Shown here piece by piece: positions 18,342 to 27,300 of a DNA stretch of 64,000 nucleotides (position 1 is the stretch's first letter; every line of letters begins with the position of its first letter). The position numbers were made by a program, and so were the translations under genes. The notes under the pieces are model-generated. The model saw only the letters and a list, made by a program, of their open reading frames with translations, did no database searches and was not told the origin of the DNA. Source of the DNA: an uncultured Clostridia bacterium (lineage in GTDB: Bacteria > Bacillota > Clostridia > Christensenellales > Borkfalkiaceae); assembly GCA_947632505.1 (NCBI GenBank), contig CANRPN010000001.1:3870-67869 (forward strand), given 5' to 3'.

Positions 18342-19508
18342 TCAGCGTTCTGTCTCTTCCGCCTGCTCCTGTCCCGGTTCCTGCCCGTCTGTCTCTACGG
18401 ACGGCACTTCGGGGAGCGCCTCCTGTTCGGGTTCCGGGGAAACATCGGGCTTGACTTTCGGAACTTCCTCGGGCTCTTCGGTAAGAGCCGCCATGCGTTC
18501 GGATGCGCGCGCTTCGGGGAGGGCGTCGCGCCGGAGAGGCTCCTTGCGTTCGAAAGTGTGTGCGAAAATCGACACAAGCATGGCGCATAGGGGCGAGAGC
18601 AACAGAAAGAGGGAGGCGAGGGGTTGTTGCATAAAGAAATCCAAAATGGTCCCCTCCGCAAGATAGGCGGCCGCAACGCCCAAAGCCGCCGCAAACTGTA
18701 CGGCGAATCGGAAAATATCGACCGCCTGCGTGCGGGGCCGCTCCAACCGCAGGACGGAGAGGAGCATATTTGCGATCGTGATGATCAGATAGAAATCGAG
18801 GATCAGACGCTTTCCCACGCCGATGTTTCCGGTCGCGATAGAATTGAGGTCGGAAAGGAGGGGCGTCTGCGGAAAAATGAATGCGCACACGGAGAGGGCG
18901 CCCAAAAAAAGCAGGAGCACATTCACCATTCCTCTCGCCCCGCGGTGGGCGACCGCCATTCCCGAAAAAATACAGAAGGCGAGGAGCGCCGCGGTGAGGG
19001 AGGGAAGATCGAGCTGTCTCCAAGAGTACATCTCCTGCCGGATGGAGCCGAGCAGTACCGCCGCCACGCAGAGGGCGCCGTAAACAAAGAGGGTAAGAAA
19101 ACCGTTCAGAGTACAGAAAACACGCGCCGATCTGCCTTTCACGAAGGTGCAGACGGCAAGGACAAGCGAGAGCAGACTTTCCGCGGCAAGCACATAGATC
19201 ATGAAATAGAGAAAAACGGGCAACAGGGAGGATAGCTCTGCACTCTCCGCTTTGGGGAGAGCAATGCTCCCGCGGAACACTTCCACGATCACTCCGAGAA
19301 AGGAGCCGTGCAGAATGGGTTCCCCGCCCGCGATGAGGGCGCCCACCGACCCGCGCATAAAAAAGCCGAGGAAGAGCCCCAGCAGGGAGATCGCGCAAAA
19401 AAGTGCGGAGCAGACCATATAGAAAGGCGCGCGCAAGGTGCGTCCCGCGTTTTTTTTCTCTTTGGTTCGTTCGGACAGAAGGCTACCTGTTGCGGCGTCG
19501 ATCCTCAT
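18342..19508 (-). CDS. Polytopic membrane protein of unknown function with an acidic Pro/Glu-rich C-terminal tail
   Basis: This frame gives about 9 hydrophobic helices, whereas the competing frame (18331-19398) is Arg/Pro-rich junk. The start is moved to ATG 19508, which follows gggggtgaagga. Confidence 0.6.
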   Translation of the reverse strand: MRIDAATGSLLSERTKEKKNAGRTLRAPFYMVCSALFCAISLLGLFLGFFMRGSVGALIAGGEPILHGSFLGVIVEVFRGSIALPKAESAELSSLLPVFLYFMIYVLAAESLLSLVLAVCTFVKGRSARVFCTLNGFLTLFVYGALCVAAVLLGSIRQEMYSWRQLDLPSLTAALLAFCIFSGMAVAHRGARGMVNVLLLFLGALSVCAFIFPQTPLLSDLNSIATGNIGVGKRLILDFYLIITIANMLLSVLRLERPRTQAVDIFRFAVQFAAALGVAAAYLAEGTILDFFMQQPLASLFLLLSPLCAMLVSIFAHTFERKEPLRRDALPEARASERMAALTEEPEEVPKVKPDVSPEPEQEALPEVPSVETDGQEPGQEQAEETER

Positions 19509-19644
19509 TCCTTCACCCCCCGAAGGCTTTTTTGTTCCCTCATTATAGCACTTCGAAAGGGCGGGTGTCAACAGCTCGCCGTGGGGGAAAGGGGTCGTAT
19601 TTTGGAAATTTGAGAATGAGTTTGTGCCGAATTTGTGAAAATCC

Positions 19645-19673
19645 TTGAAAAAGAATTTTTCTCATGTTATAAT
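19645..19673 (+). promoter_or_regulatory. Sigma-A promoter (TTGAAA-17-TGtTATAAT) for the PucR-like gene
   Basis: -35 at 19645-19650 and an extended -10 at 19665-19673. Confidence 0.55.
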
Positions 19674-19730
19674 ATCCGCAGATATGGCGGGATCGCCGCC
19701 TTAAAGTACGGTCACAACAGGGAGAAGAAT

Positions 19731-20684
19731 ATGAGCGGAGAAAGTACGGAGCTGAATCTGATCTTAAATGACATCTATGAAAAGACGGGGGTGCAGGTGC
19801 GCCTTACGCCGAACGGCGGCGAGGAAACGGAGTTTTCCGTGGAATATTGCGGCGAGAAATACCGCGCATTTCTCAGCGGAAAGGGCGAACAGGCGGAAAG
19901 AGCGGCCAAGCTCATTTCCTATCTCGTGGAAAACGCCGATGCGCAGCTTCTGCCCGACAAAAACGCCTATCTCAAAAACATTTTGCTCGGCGAAGGCAGC
20001 CGCCGCTATCTCTATCGGTTCATGGCCAAGTATAACGTACAGGACGCTCCTTGTTATGCGCTGGACATCATTGTGGACAAGCGTATTTCGGAGGCGATCG
20101 CGCACGTGGAAAATTGTCTCTCCGAGACGGGAGCGCTCGCCGTGGGAATGGATGAGACCCGTCTTGCAGCCGCGGTTTTCGAGGACGACTCACAGCTGCC
20201 CGTGGAACTTGCGAATTTTCTCGTGCAGTCCCTCTATGAGGAGCTGGGCGTAAAGGCAAGCGTGGGCATCGGCTGTACGGTCAAGAGTTTTACGGAGATC
20301 GCCGAATCCTATCATCAGGCGGCGACTGCCGTCCGAATGAGCGGACTTTTGAAATCAAAGGGAGAGGTCCATACTTACAGGGAGTATCTTCTCATCAAAA
20401 TGCTCGAAGACCTGCCCGAGGGAAAGCGGAAAGAGTACATGGAGCAGTTCCACATTACGGGCGCGAAAGAAGTGTTCGCCGATGAGGAGATGATCGGTAC
20501 CGCAGAGGAATTTCTTGAAAACAGTCTCAATCTTTCCGAGACTTCCCGCAATCTCTACATGCACCGCAACACGCTCATGTACCGTCTCGATAAAATTGAG
20601 CGGCTCACGGGTCTGAATATCCGAAAATTTTCGGACGCGGTGACCTTCCGTGTCATCACGATCCTCTATAAATTAATGCAATAA
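19731..20684 (+). CDS. PucR/CdaR-family transcriptional regulator
   Basis: C-terminal PucR-type HTH (SETSRNLYMHRNTLMYRLDKIERLTGLNI). SD gggagaag before ATG 19731. Confidence 0.8.
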   Translation: MSGESTELNLILNDIYEKTGVQVRLTPNGGEETEFSVEYCGEKYRAFLSGKGEQAERAAKLISYLVENADAQLLPDKNAYLKNILLGEGSRRYLYRFMAKYNVQDAPCYALDIIVDKRISEAIAHVENCLSETGALAVGMDETRLAAAVFEDDSQLPVELANFLVQSLYEELGVKASVGIGCTVKSFTEIAESYHQAATAVRMSGLLKSKGEVHTYREYLLIKMLEDLPEGKRKEYMEQFHITGAKEVFADEEMIGTAEEFLENSLNLSETSRNLYMHRNTLMYRLDKIERLTGLNIRKFSDAVTFRVITILYKLMQ

Positions 20685-20694
20685 AGGAGCTTTT

Positions 20695-22083
20695 ATGGAT
20701 AATAACGAAAGGGATGAATTTTTCGATCCGCCCATGTCTCCCGCGCCGCCCGCAGGCTCGGACGGCCAAGCCCCTGCACGTGCGGGCGAAAAGAGCAAGG
20801 CGGTGCGCATCGCCGCCATTGTATTGGGCGCGATCCTCATCGCGGTAGCGGCCTTTCTCGGCGGCTGGTACGGACGATATTTCTCTCTCGATCATGAGGT
20901 GCGCGACTACCTTTGGGCGAAGTCGATGCTCGAAAAAAATTACTATCAGCCTTTGGACGACGCGGAGCTCTATCAAAGAATGTTTGAGTCCCTTTCCGTC
21001 GACTCCTATACCAAATATTATTCGCCCGCAGACTACGAAAAATATTTGAAGGAAGGCGCGGGGGACAACACCGACCCCGGGATCTCCATCTATATCGGGC
21101 AGAATTGGGATGAGATCACGCATATCTTCGAGGTGACGGAGAACTCTCCCGCCTGCCTTGCGGGGCTGAAAAAAGGCATGTATGTCCTTGCCTTCGGGCC
21201 GTCGGAAAACGAACTGACAGAAGGCGACTATCGCGCGTTCAGGCAGTTTCTGTCCTCGTGGAGCGGAGAATTTACGATCCGCTGCGGATACGACGTGAAT
21301 GGGTCGGATGCCGCATGCTATACCTTGAAGAGCGCACCCTACCAGGCGTCTTTCCTCGTCTATCGCGACAGCGGAACGAGCTATGCCTTCCGCGGAGAAG
21401 GCGATGTTCTCGATCTCACCCAAACGAACGAACCCTTGAAAGGTCTCAACGAAAAAACGGCCTATATCCGTCTCAACGAGTTCAGCGGCGGCAATACCGC
21501 CTCGGAATTTGTCTCTCTCTTAAAGACGATGAAGGAGCGCGGCAGGACCGACCTCATTCTCGACCTTCGCTCCAACGGAGGCGGCTACATGGATCTTTTC
21601 GGGAGCATCGCTTCCCACCTCATGCGCAATGCCGAGGATAAGTATCCCGTCGTGGCCGTCACAAAGACGCGCAGCGGACAGACGACCCGTTACGTCTGCG
21701 TCGAAAATGATTTTGACAGCTATTTCGAGCCCGATTCGAAAATTTACGTGCTCGCCGACGAACATACCGCCTCGGCCTCGGAGTGTCTGATCGGCGTGCT
21801 CGTAGATTACGGCACCTGCGATTTTTCGGACATCTATCTGCGCGAGAATGAGAGCGGGATCGCCAAGACATACGGAAAGGGGATCATGCAGAGCAGTTAT
21901 ACCGCTTCGAACGGGGCGGCGATGAAGATGACGACCGCCACCGTCAACTGGCCGCTTTCGGGACGCTGTATCCACGGCGTGGGCGTGACCCCTGCGGACG
22001 GCGCCATCGCGGTCCCCGGCCCCTTGAATTGGGGCGAGTCCGACCCCATGCTCGAAACGCTGCTTTCACGCCTATCCGCTTAA
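20695..22083 (+). CDS. S41-family (C-terminal processing / tail-specific) peptidase, membrane-anchored
   Basis: N-terminal TM segment, LILDLRSNGGGY, and ADEHTASASECLIG (catalytic Ser context). Confidence 0.85.
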   Translation: MDNNERDEFFDPPMSPAPPAGSDGQAPARAGEKSKAVRIAAIVLGAILIAVAAFLGGWYGRYFSLDHEVRDYLWAKSMLEKNYYQPLDDAELYQRMFESLSVDSYTKYYSPADYEKYLKEGAGDNTDPGISIYIGQNWDEITHIFEVTENSPACLAGLKKGMYVLAFGPSENELTEGDYRAFRQFLSSWSGEFTIRCGYDVNGSDAACYTLKSAPYQASFLVYRDSGTSYAFRGEGDVLDLTQTNEPLKGLNEKTAYIRLNEFSGGNTASEFVSLLKTMKERGRTDLILDLRSNGGGYMDLFGSIASHLMRNAEDKYPVVAVTKTRSGQTTRYVCVENDFDSYFEPDSKIYVLADEHTASASECLIGVLVDYGTCDFSDIYLRENESGIAKTYGKGIMQSSYTASNGAAMKMTTATVNWPLSGRCIHGVGVTPADGAIAVPGPLNWGESDPMLETLLSRLSA

Positions 22084-22334
22084 ACTCTCTTCAAAAATTC
22101 TTCCAAGACATGCAAATTCTCTCCTCCGTCAGGGGGAGAACTTTTTTGTGCCTGTTCGCTTTCTGCCGCAGCGCTTTCTGTCCGATTTGTTTCCGCAGTC
22201 TGTCCGTGTCCCGAGAGCGCCAGAAACAGTTCGCGGTTTTCGCGATAAAAGGAGAGAACGCCGAGCAGCCGTTTTTTAAATTCCCCGTCTTTTTCCGCAT
22301 AGGTTAGTAAAAGGAGTATCATGAGCATTTCCAT
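22080..22334 (-). CDS. Hypothetical small protein (84 aa)
   Basis: ORF only; plausible composition but no clear SD. Overlaps the convergent peptidase stop by 4 nt. Confidence 0.3.
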   Translation of the reverse strand: MEMLMILLLLTYAEKDGEFKKRLLGVLSFYRENRELFLALSGHGQTAETNRTESAAAESEQAQKSSPPDGGENLHVLEEFLKRV

Positions 22335-22400
22335 GTTCTTATCTTATGCCGTGCGCAAAAGAGAGGGTTCCTTTCATATAATGGGGCAGTGAGGTGTTAT

Positions 22401-22661
22401 ATGGACGACTTTGCAAGCTACTCTCAAAAGCAGCAGCAGACCGATTGGACAAAAGAGGCGCAGAACATTGCCGCGAATTACAATGGCAAGAACGAAAACG
22501 AGCTCACGCGGGAGATCTTCGCCCGAGCCGCAGAGGGCAAAAAGAACGGGAGCCTCACCAATGAGCAGATCGATCTCTTTTACGCGCAATTCGCCCCCAT
22601 GCTCGACGGCGTTAAACGCAAAAAACTAAAAAAGCTCATAGAACAGCTCAAAAGCATGTAA
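22401..22661 (+). CDS. Hypothetical small protein (86 aa)
   Basis: SD gaggtg sits 5 nt before ATG 22401. Hydrophilic helical composition; no recognised family. Confidence 0.5.
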   Translation: MDDFASYSQKQQQTDWTKEAQNIAANYNGKNENELTREIFARAAEGKKNGSLTNEQIDLFYAQFAPMLDGVKRKKLKKLIEQLKSM

Positions 22662-23769
22662 TTTCTTTGAGTGCGCGTGCGAGAATATCCACCTCTTTCA
22701 AAGATTGCGCAGGAGAGAAGGACGCGCGTACGAGCCCGTCCGGAAAGGTCCCGAGCGCCTTGTGAACGAGCGGCGCGCAGTGCAGGCCGCCCCGTACGGC
22801 GATGTCATACTTCTCCGAAAGAATGCCCGCAAGCTCTTCCGAGGAGATTTTTTCATATGAGAAAGCGGCGATTCCGCAGGGATTGGGGACAAAGTAGAGT
22901 TTACAGCCGTTGAGCGGCGTCAACGCGGCATGGAGCACGGCCGTGAGCTCGAACAGCCGCTCCGCATCCTCCTTGCGGTGCGCCTTTACAATGAGTGCAC
23001 CCTCATAGAGCGAGCAGATCGCAGGATAGGAGAGGGTACCGGCTTCCAAGCGATCGGGATAGAAAGAGGGCATTCCGAGCCGAAAGCTCTCGCTGCCCGT
23101 TCCGCCGAAGAGGAGGGGACGGGGCTCCATACGCTCGGAAAAGAGGAGCGCGGCCGCACCCTGTATGGCGTGCAGACCCTTATGCCCCGCGAGAGCAAGC
23201 GCATCCAGCCCCCATTCCCGCATATGAATGGGAAGATGCCCGCCTCCCTGTGCGCCGTCGGCTACGAGGAGCACGCGCTCGGGCAGATGTTTTCTGATCT
23301 CTTTCAGATCGGGAGCTTCACCCGTTACGTTGGAAGCCGTCGTCACCACGCACATGCGGGTGTTCTTTTTCACAAGGGAAGAGATCGAAGCAGGGTCAAT
23401 GTGTCCGTTTTTAAGGGGAACGACGTCGTAGGAGATGACGCCCGCTTCTTGAAGCACATGGAGCGGACGAAGCACGGAATTGTGTTCAAGACAGGTCGTG
23501 ATCACATGGTCGCCCTTTTCGAGGACGCCGATGAGGGCGAGGTTGAGCGCTTCGGTACAGCTTCGGGTAAAGGCGACGCGTTCATAGCCGTAGCCGCCAA
23601 AGAGATCTGAAAGGAGTTCGCGGCAGGCAAGCACCCGTTCCGCGCAGGCGAGGGAGAGGCGATGTCCGCTCCTTCCCGGGTTGGCGCAAACTTTCATCGC
23701 GGCAAGAACGGCGCTTTGCACGGCGGCGGGCTTATAGCCCTCGGTGGCGGCATTATCGAGATAGATCAT
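22648..23769 (-). CDS. Class V aminotransferase / cysteine desulfurase family protein (NifS-like)
   Basis: MIYLDNAAT..., TTCLEHNS, and the PLP-lysine context LAGHKGLHAIQG. Confidence 0.85.
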   Translation of the reverse strand: MIYLDNAATEGYKPAAVQSAVLAAMKVCANPGRSGHRLSLACAERVLACRELLSDLFGGYGYERVAFTRSCTEALNLALIGVLEKGDHVITTCLEHNSVLRPLHVLQEAGVISYDVVPLKNGHIDPASISSLVKKNTRMCVVTTASNVTGEAPDLKEIRKHLPERVLLVADGAQGGGHLPIHMREWGLDALALAGHKGLHAIQGAAALLFSERMEPRPLLFGGTGSESFRLGMPSFYPDRLEAGTLSYPAICSLYEGALIVKAHRKEDAERLFELTAVLHAALTPLNGCKLYFVPNPCGIAAFSYEKISSEELAGILSEKYDIAVRGGLHCAPLVHKALGTFPDGLVRASFSPAQSLKEVDILARALKEITCF

Positions 23770-23822
23770 AGCATTCTCCGAAAAATGAAATCAAAGTATT
23801 TTACGAAGGCAGGAGACAAAAC

Positions 23823-24065
23823 ATGACAATGATTGCGGTTTTTCGTTCTCGGGCGCAGGCGCTCGAATACATTTCCGTGCTGCAAAAGGGGGGTGTGCCC
23901 GCGCAGGCGGTAAATACTCCCAAGGAGGCGGGGGTCGGCTGCGGAATTTCGGCGAAGTTCGAAGATACCTTTTTGCCCCGCGCCCGTGCCTGTCTTGCAA
24001 AGCGGAAGTATTCCTCCTTTTCGGGCTTCATGCGCGTAAACGGAGGACGGTTCGGATATTTGTGA
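23823..24065 (+). CDS. DUF3343-like small protein (putative Se/S carrier-like)
   Basis: 80 aa (IAVFRSRAQALEYISVLQKGGVPAQAVNTPKE...GCGIS), typical of DUF3343. Divergent from a desulfurase gene, a common pairing. Confidence 0.65.
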   Translation: MTMIAVFRSRAQALEYISVLQKGGVPAQAVNTPKEAGVGCGISAKFEDTFLPRARACLAKRKYSSFSGFMRVNGGRFGYL

Positions 24066-24105
24066 GCCGCTTGCCAAATGGACGCAAATATGGTATAATG
24101 CAGGC

Positions 24106-24735
24106 ATGGACAGAAATACGGAAATTTTGCGGGAGCTCGAACGGCTCTATTTCGGCGCCAAGCCTGCGCTCTTGTACAAGACCCCATACGAACTTTTGGT
24201 AGCGGTCATCCTTTCCGCACAGTGCACGGACGAACGGGTCAATAAAGTGACGGAAGTGCTCTTTCAAGAGCACAATACCCCCGAAAGCATGCTCGCGCTC
24301 TCGCAGGAAGAGCTCGAAAAGTACATCTTCTCCTGCGGATTTTATCGCAACAAGGCGGCTCACATTCTCTCCGCCTCGCGCGATATTATCCAAAAATTCG
24401 GCGGACAAGTTCCCGATCGTCTGGAAGAATTGCAAAGCCTCGCGGGCGTGGGGAGAAAGACGGCCAACGTCGTTTATGCGGTCGCCTTCGGCGGGGATGC
24501 GATCGCCGTCGATACGCACGTGTTCCGCGTTGCGAACAGAACGGGGCTTGCCGTCGGGAAAACGCCCGAAAAGGTGGAAGAGGGGCTCATGAAGGTCATC
24601 CCCAAGGAAAAATGGTCGCAGGCGCACCACTGGCTCATTTGGCACGGAAGAAAAGTTTGTCATTCCCAAAAGCCCGACTGCGCCCATTGCACCCTCGCGC
24701 CGTGGTGTCCTTCCGCCTTCAAAATCGGCAAATAG
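24106..24735 (+). CDS. nth: Endonuclease III
   Basis: HhH-GPD motif (LQSLAGVGRKTANVV), catalytic Lys/Asp region, and the C-terminal 4Fe-4S cluster CHSQKPDCAHCTLAPWC. Confidence 0.95.
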   Translation: MDRNTEILRELERLYFGAKPALLYKTPYELLVAVILSAQCTDERVNKVTEVLFQEHNTPESMLALSQEELEKYIFSCGFYRNKAAHILSASRDIIQKFGGQVPDRLEELQSLAGVGRKTANVVYAVAFGGDAIAVDTHVFRVANRTGLAVGKTPEKVEEGLMKVIPKEKWSQAHHWLIWHGRKVCHSQKPDCAHCTLAPWCPSAFKIGK

Positions 24736-24825
24736 CGCAAAACGCAACCCAAAGTTGACAAATCGCAACGCCGAAATGGTGGCGGACTTGCCGCGTTTTT
24801 GCTAAAATAGCCGTAAGGAGGACTT

Positions 24826-25528
24826 ATGACGACAGGAGAAATCATTTTCGAATATCGCAAAAAAGCGGGTCTTACGCAGGAGGAACTTGCGGACAGGCTC
24901 GGCGTGTCCCGTCAGGCGGTGAGTAAATGGGAGCAGGACGCGGCGTTCCCCGAAAACGGAGAAGATCCTCGAACTGTGCAAACTCTTCTCCGTTTCCGCA
25001 GACGAGCTGCTGTTCGGCAGAAAGAACGCGGGCGACGCTTCCGCGCCCGCGGAAGCGTCGCCCGCGGAAGAGGCCCCCGCGGACCCCTCGGTTGCGGAAT
25101 ATGCGATCGCGGCGGAAGAAGAACCGCAGCCCGCGACCGAACCGACGGTACATAGCGAACTTTCGGAAGCGCCGCCGAAGCCCAAGAAGGACGTTTCCAA
25201 AAAGTGGAATCTTCTCTGTTTTTTGGGGTTCTTGTTTGCCGCGGTCTCGGCCGGGATCATCATAATCGGGATATTTTTACCTCTTTTCAGGAACGATCCC
25301 GAGCTCGATATCCCCAAGTCCCGCCCTCTTTTTGCGCTTGTCTGCATGGGGCTGGGGTTTCTCCTCTCCGTCGCGGGACTGTGCACGAGGAGGTGGCTGG
25401 GCAGAAGGGGCGCCTTCTTTGCGGTCTTGGGGATCGTCATCCTCGCCGTCATGGTCACCGTGTTCTTCATGCTTTGGTTTTTCGTCGCTTCCATCTTTGG
25501 TGGGATCTGGCTCCTTTTGTTCGGTTGA
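24826..25528 (+). pseudogene. XRE-family HTH membrane protein interrupted by a +1 frameshift at an A4 run (24953-24956)
   Basis: Frame 1 encodes LTQEELADRLGVSRQAVSKWEQDAAFPE and then runs into junk. The +1 frame continues with the expected TEKILELCKLFSVSADELLFG, a Pro/Ala/Glu linker and TM helices, ending at 25528. Confidence 0.7.
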
Positions 25529-25542
25529 TCGGGAGGGGGAAA

Positions 25543-26118
25543 ATGAAAAAGAAAATTTTTGTTTTTGCGCTTTCGGCAGCGTTGCTGTTTTCGGGAACGC
25601 TCTGCGGCTGTTCCCGCCTTTACCCTTGGAAAACAAAGCCGAGCAAAGACGCTTTTTTTGCGCAGAATGTGCTCGATAACGCGCGCGTGCCCGATCTGCC
25701 GCGCATTGTCTGCGAGGCGGGGGTCAAGGAATACGGGAAGATCTATCACTTCCGCTCCACGGAGGAGGACTATAAAAACTATCTCGAAACGGTCTATCAA
25801 TATCTCGGTTCCCGCGGGTTTGAATATTTCGGATATGAGGGAGAGGAGGTGAGCAGCTTTTTCGGCGCCATGCCCCAGTATGAACTGCTTGCGGACAGAG
25901 GGCAGCTCTCCGACTATCAGACGGGATATGAGGGAGGTTACGTTTTCGTGTGGGGGGATGCGATCGATGAGGACGGGGACTTGCTCGGCGGGGAACGGAT
26001 AGAGATCCGCTACACGGATACCTACTTTACCTTTCATGGGTTGGAGTGCAATGTAACGATCGATTTCGGTTTCGCGATCGTGGGCCATTGGGTCGCCCAA
26101 GAGGAACCGTCCGAATAA
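25543..26118 (+). CDS. Lipoprotein of unknown function
   Basis: MKKKIFVFALSAALLFSGTLCGC lipobox. SD gggaggggg before ATG 25543. The longer track ORF (from 25204) overlaps the XRE tail and is rejected. Confidence 0.7.
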   Translation: MKKKIFVFALSAALLFSGTLCGCSRLYPWKTKPSKDAFFAQNVLDNARVPDLPRIVCEAGVKEYGKIYHFRSTEEDYKNYLETVYQYLGSRGFEYFGYEGEEVSSFFGAMPQYELLADRGQLSDYQTGYEGGYVFVWGDAIDEDGDLLGGERIEIRYTDTYFTFHGLECNVTIDFGFAIVGHWVAQEEPSE

Positions 26119-26217
26119 TGTTCGCGCGCGCCCGCCGCAATTTTGCGGCGGGCGCGCGCAGGCTTTTCTTGTATAAATGCCGCCTCCTTCGGCAATAACA
26201 GCCGCAGGAGGTTTTTT

Positions 26218-26412
26218 ATGACCAATTTGACGGCCAAAGATTTAGATGTGCTCACGCATGTACTCACGGCGGAAGAAATGGCGTGCAAAAAGGCGAGAAT
26301 TTACGCCAACACGCTCACGGATGCGGCGCTCGCGCAGGAGATGGAGGCGATCGCAGGCGCACACGCAGAGCGTTTCAACGCGCTCTATGCCATTTTGGGA
26401 GGGAAATCATGA
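26218..26412 (+). CDS. Small spore-coat-associated protein (partner of the CotF-like protein)
   Basis: 64 aa. SD ggagg before ATG 26218, and an ATGA overlap with the next gene. Confidence 0.5.
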   Translation: MTNLTAKDLDVLTHVLTAEEMACKKARIYANTLTDAALAQEMEAIAGAHAERFNALYAILGGKS

Positions 26413-26699
26413 AACAGAGCAAACAGGACACCACGCTTAACGAAAAAGACGCGCTTCAAGATATGCTCGATACCGAAAAGCTGCTCATGAGTTACTATTC
26501 TGTCGCGCTCGTAGAGGGGAGCTGTCAGCCTTTCCGCAAGGCGATCCTCAAAAATTACACTTCGAGCGCGGAGACGCAGTTCAACGTGTTCGAGCAGATG
26601 CTCTCGCGCGGCTACTATCAGGTAATGCCCGCCGAAAAGATGCTCATCGACCAAAAGACGGAGACGTTTTCCAAAGTCCAAAAGCAGATCGCACAGTGA
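26409..26699 (+). CDS. Coat F domain (CotF-like) spore coat protein
   Basis: LNEKDALQDMLDTEKLLMSYYSVALVEGSCQPFRKAILKNY...FNVFEQMLSRGYY matches the Coat_F pattern. Confidence 0.75.
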   Translation: MKQSKQDTTLNEKDALQDMLDTEKLLMSYYSVALVEGSCQPFRKAILKNYTSSAETQFNVFEQMLSRGYYQVMPAEKMLIDQKTETFSKVQKQIAQ

Positions 26700-26705
26700 G
26701 GCTCG

Positions 26706-26856
26706 TCCCATAAGCGGCGCAATACGGTGTCGCGCTGCGTTTTCCTCGGTCATGTACGACCGGGTACACTCCCGTCGGAAAGCCTCGCGCTCCTTGTCTT
26801 GCTTGCTTTTGGAACGAGCGATCGGCAGCTATGTTGCCCATAAGAGGCGCAATACG
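26706..26856 (+). repeat. Two direct copies of the ~21-nt motif CCCATAAGnGGCGCAATACG
   Basis: tcccataagcggcgcaatacg at 26706-26726 and tgcccataagaggcgcaatacg at 26835-26856. Confidence 0.9.
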
Positions 26857-26868
26857 TCGCATATTTCG

Positions 26869-26913
26869 CCCTCCCCCGCGCGGAACGCGCGGGGGAGGGG
26901 TAGGGGAGGGGGT
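26869..26913 (+). repeat. REP-like GC hairpin (CCCTCCCCCGCGCG-gaa-CGCGCGGGGGAGGG) with a G-tract tail (GGGGGAGGGGTAGGGGAGGGGG)
   Basis: 14-bp stem at 26869-26899. The four-run G-tract at 26891-26912 fits a G-quadruplex pattern. Related copies lie at 487-606 and 54240-54275. Confidence 0.85.
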
Positions 26914-27058
26914 ATATCTTGGTACGTTTGGGTTGGTTTTGAACGTGCCTTAATTTAGCAAGATTCCCTCGGAGAATTTCCGTGTCGGACTTTGTAATAA
27001 CCGCTACGGCTCGGAATGACGCGCTTCCATCTCGCGCATACTGAAAGGGGAGGGGAAT

Positions 27059-27202
27059 ATGCCGAAGAAAGTCAAACGCAACAACAGCGGCAAGGGAGAG
27101 CGGGACAACACGGGCTATGCACACAATCCGCGCTACTGCATGATTTTGCCCGACGCCGCCGAGCCCGACGAGGACAACATTGCCTCATCAAGCGAATCGT
27201 AA
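27059..27202 (+). CDS. Possible small protein (47 aa, MPKKVKRNNSGKGERDNTGYAHNPRYCMILPDAAEPDEDNIASSSES)
   Basis: Strong SD aggggagggg 4-8 nt upstream of the ATG, and an intrinsic terminator 24 nt downstream. Too short to appear in the ORF track. Confidence 0.35.
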   Translation: MPKKVKRNNSGKGERDNTGYAHNPRYCMILPDAAEPDEDNIASSSES

Positions 27203-27225
27203 ACAGCTTTTTCAGGGGAAAGAGA

Positions 27226-27265
27226 GCCGCCCGCGGACATGTCCGCGGGCGGCAATTTTGTTTTT
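27226..27265 (+). terminator. Intrinsic terminator
   Basis: 13-bp GC stem (27226-27253) followed by aattttgttttt. Confidence 0.7.
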
Positions 27266-27300
27266 CTCGCTTTTTGTCATTTTTTCGGGGTGTTCTTGAT

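Noticed and set aside
18331-19398. 355-aa alternative minus-strand frame overlapping the membrane-protein gene
   Set aside because: Its composition is Arg/Pro/Gly-rich. The 18342-19508 frame gives regular hydrophobic helices and has a strong SD.
25204-25542. N-terminal 113 codons of the 304-aa track ORF
   Set aside because: This stretch overlaps the C-terminal TM region of the XRE gene in another frame. The lipoprotein signal peptide with a strong SD begins at 25543.
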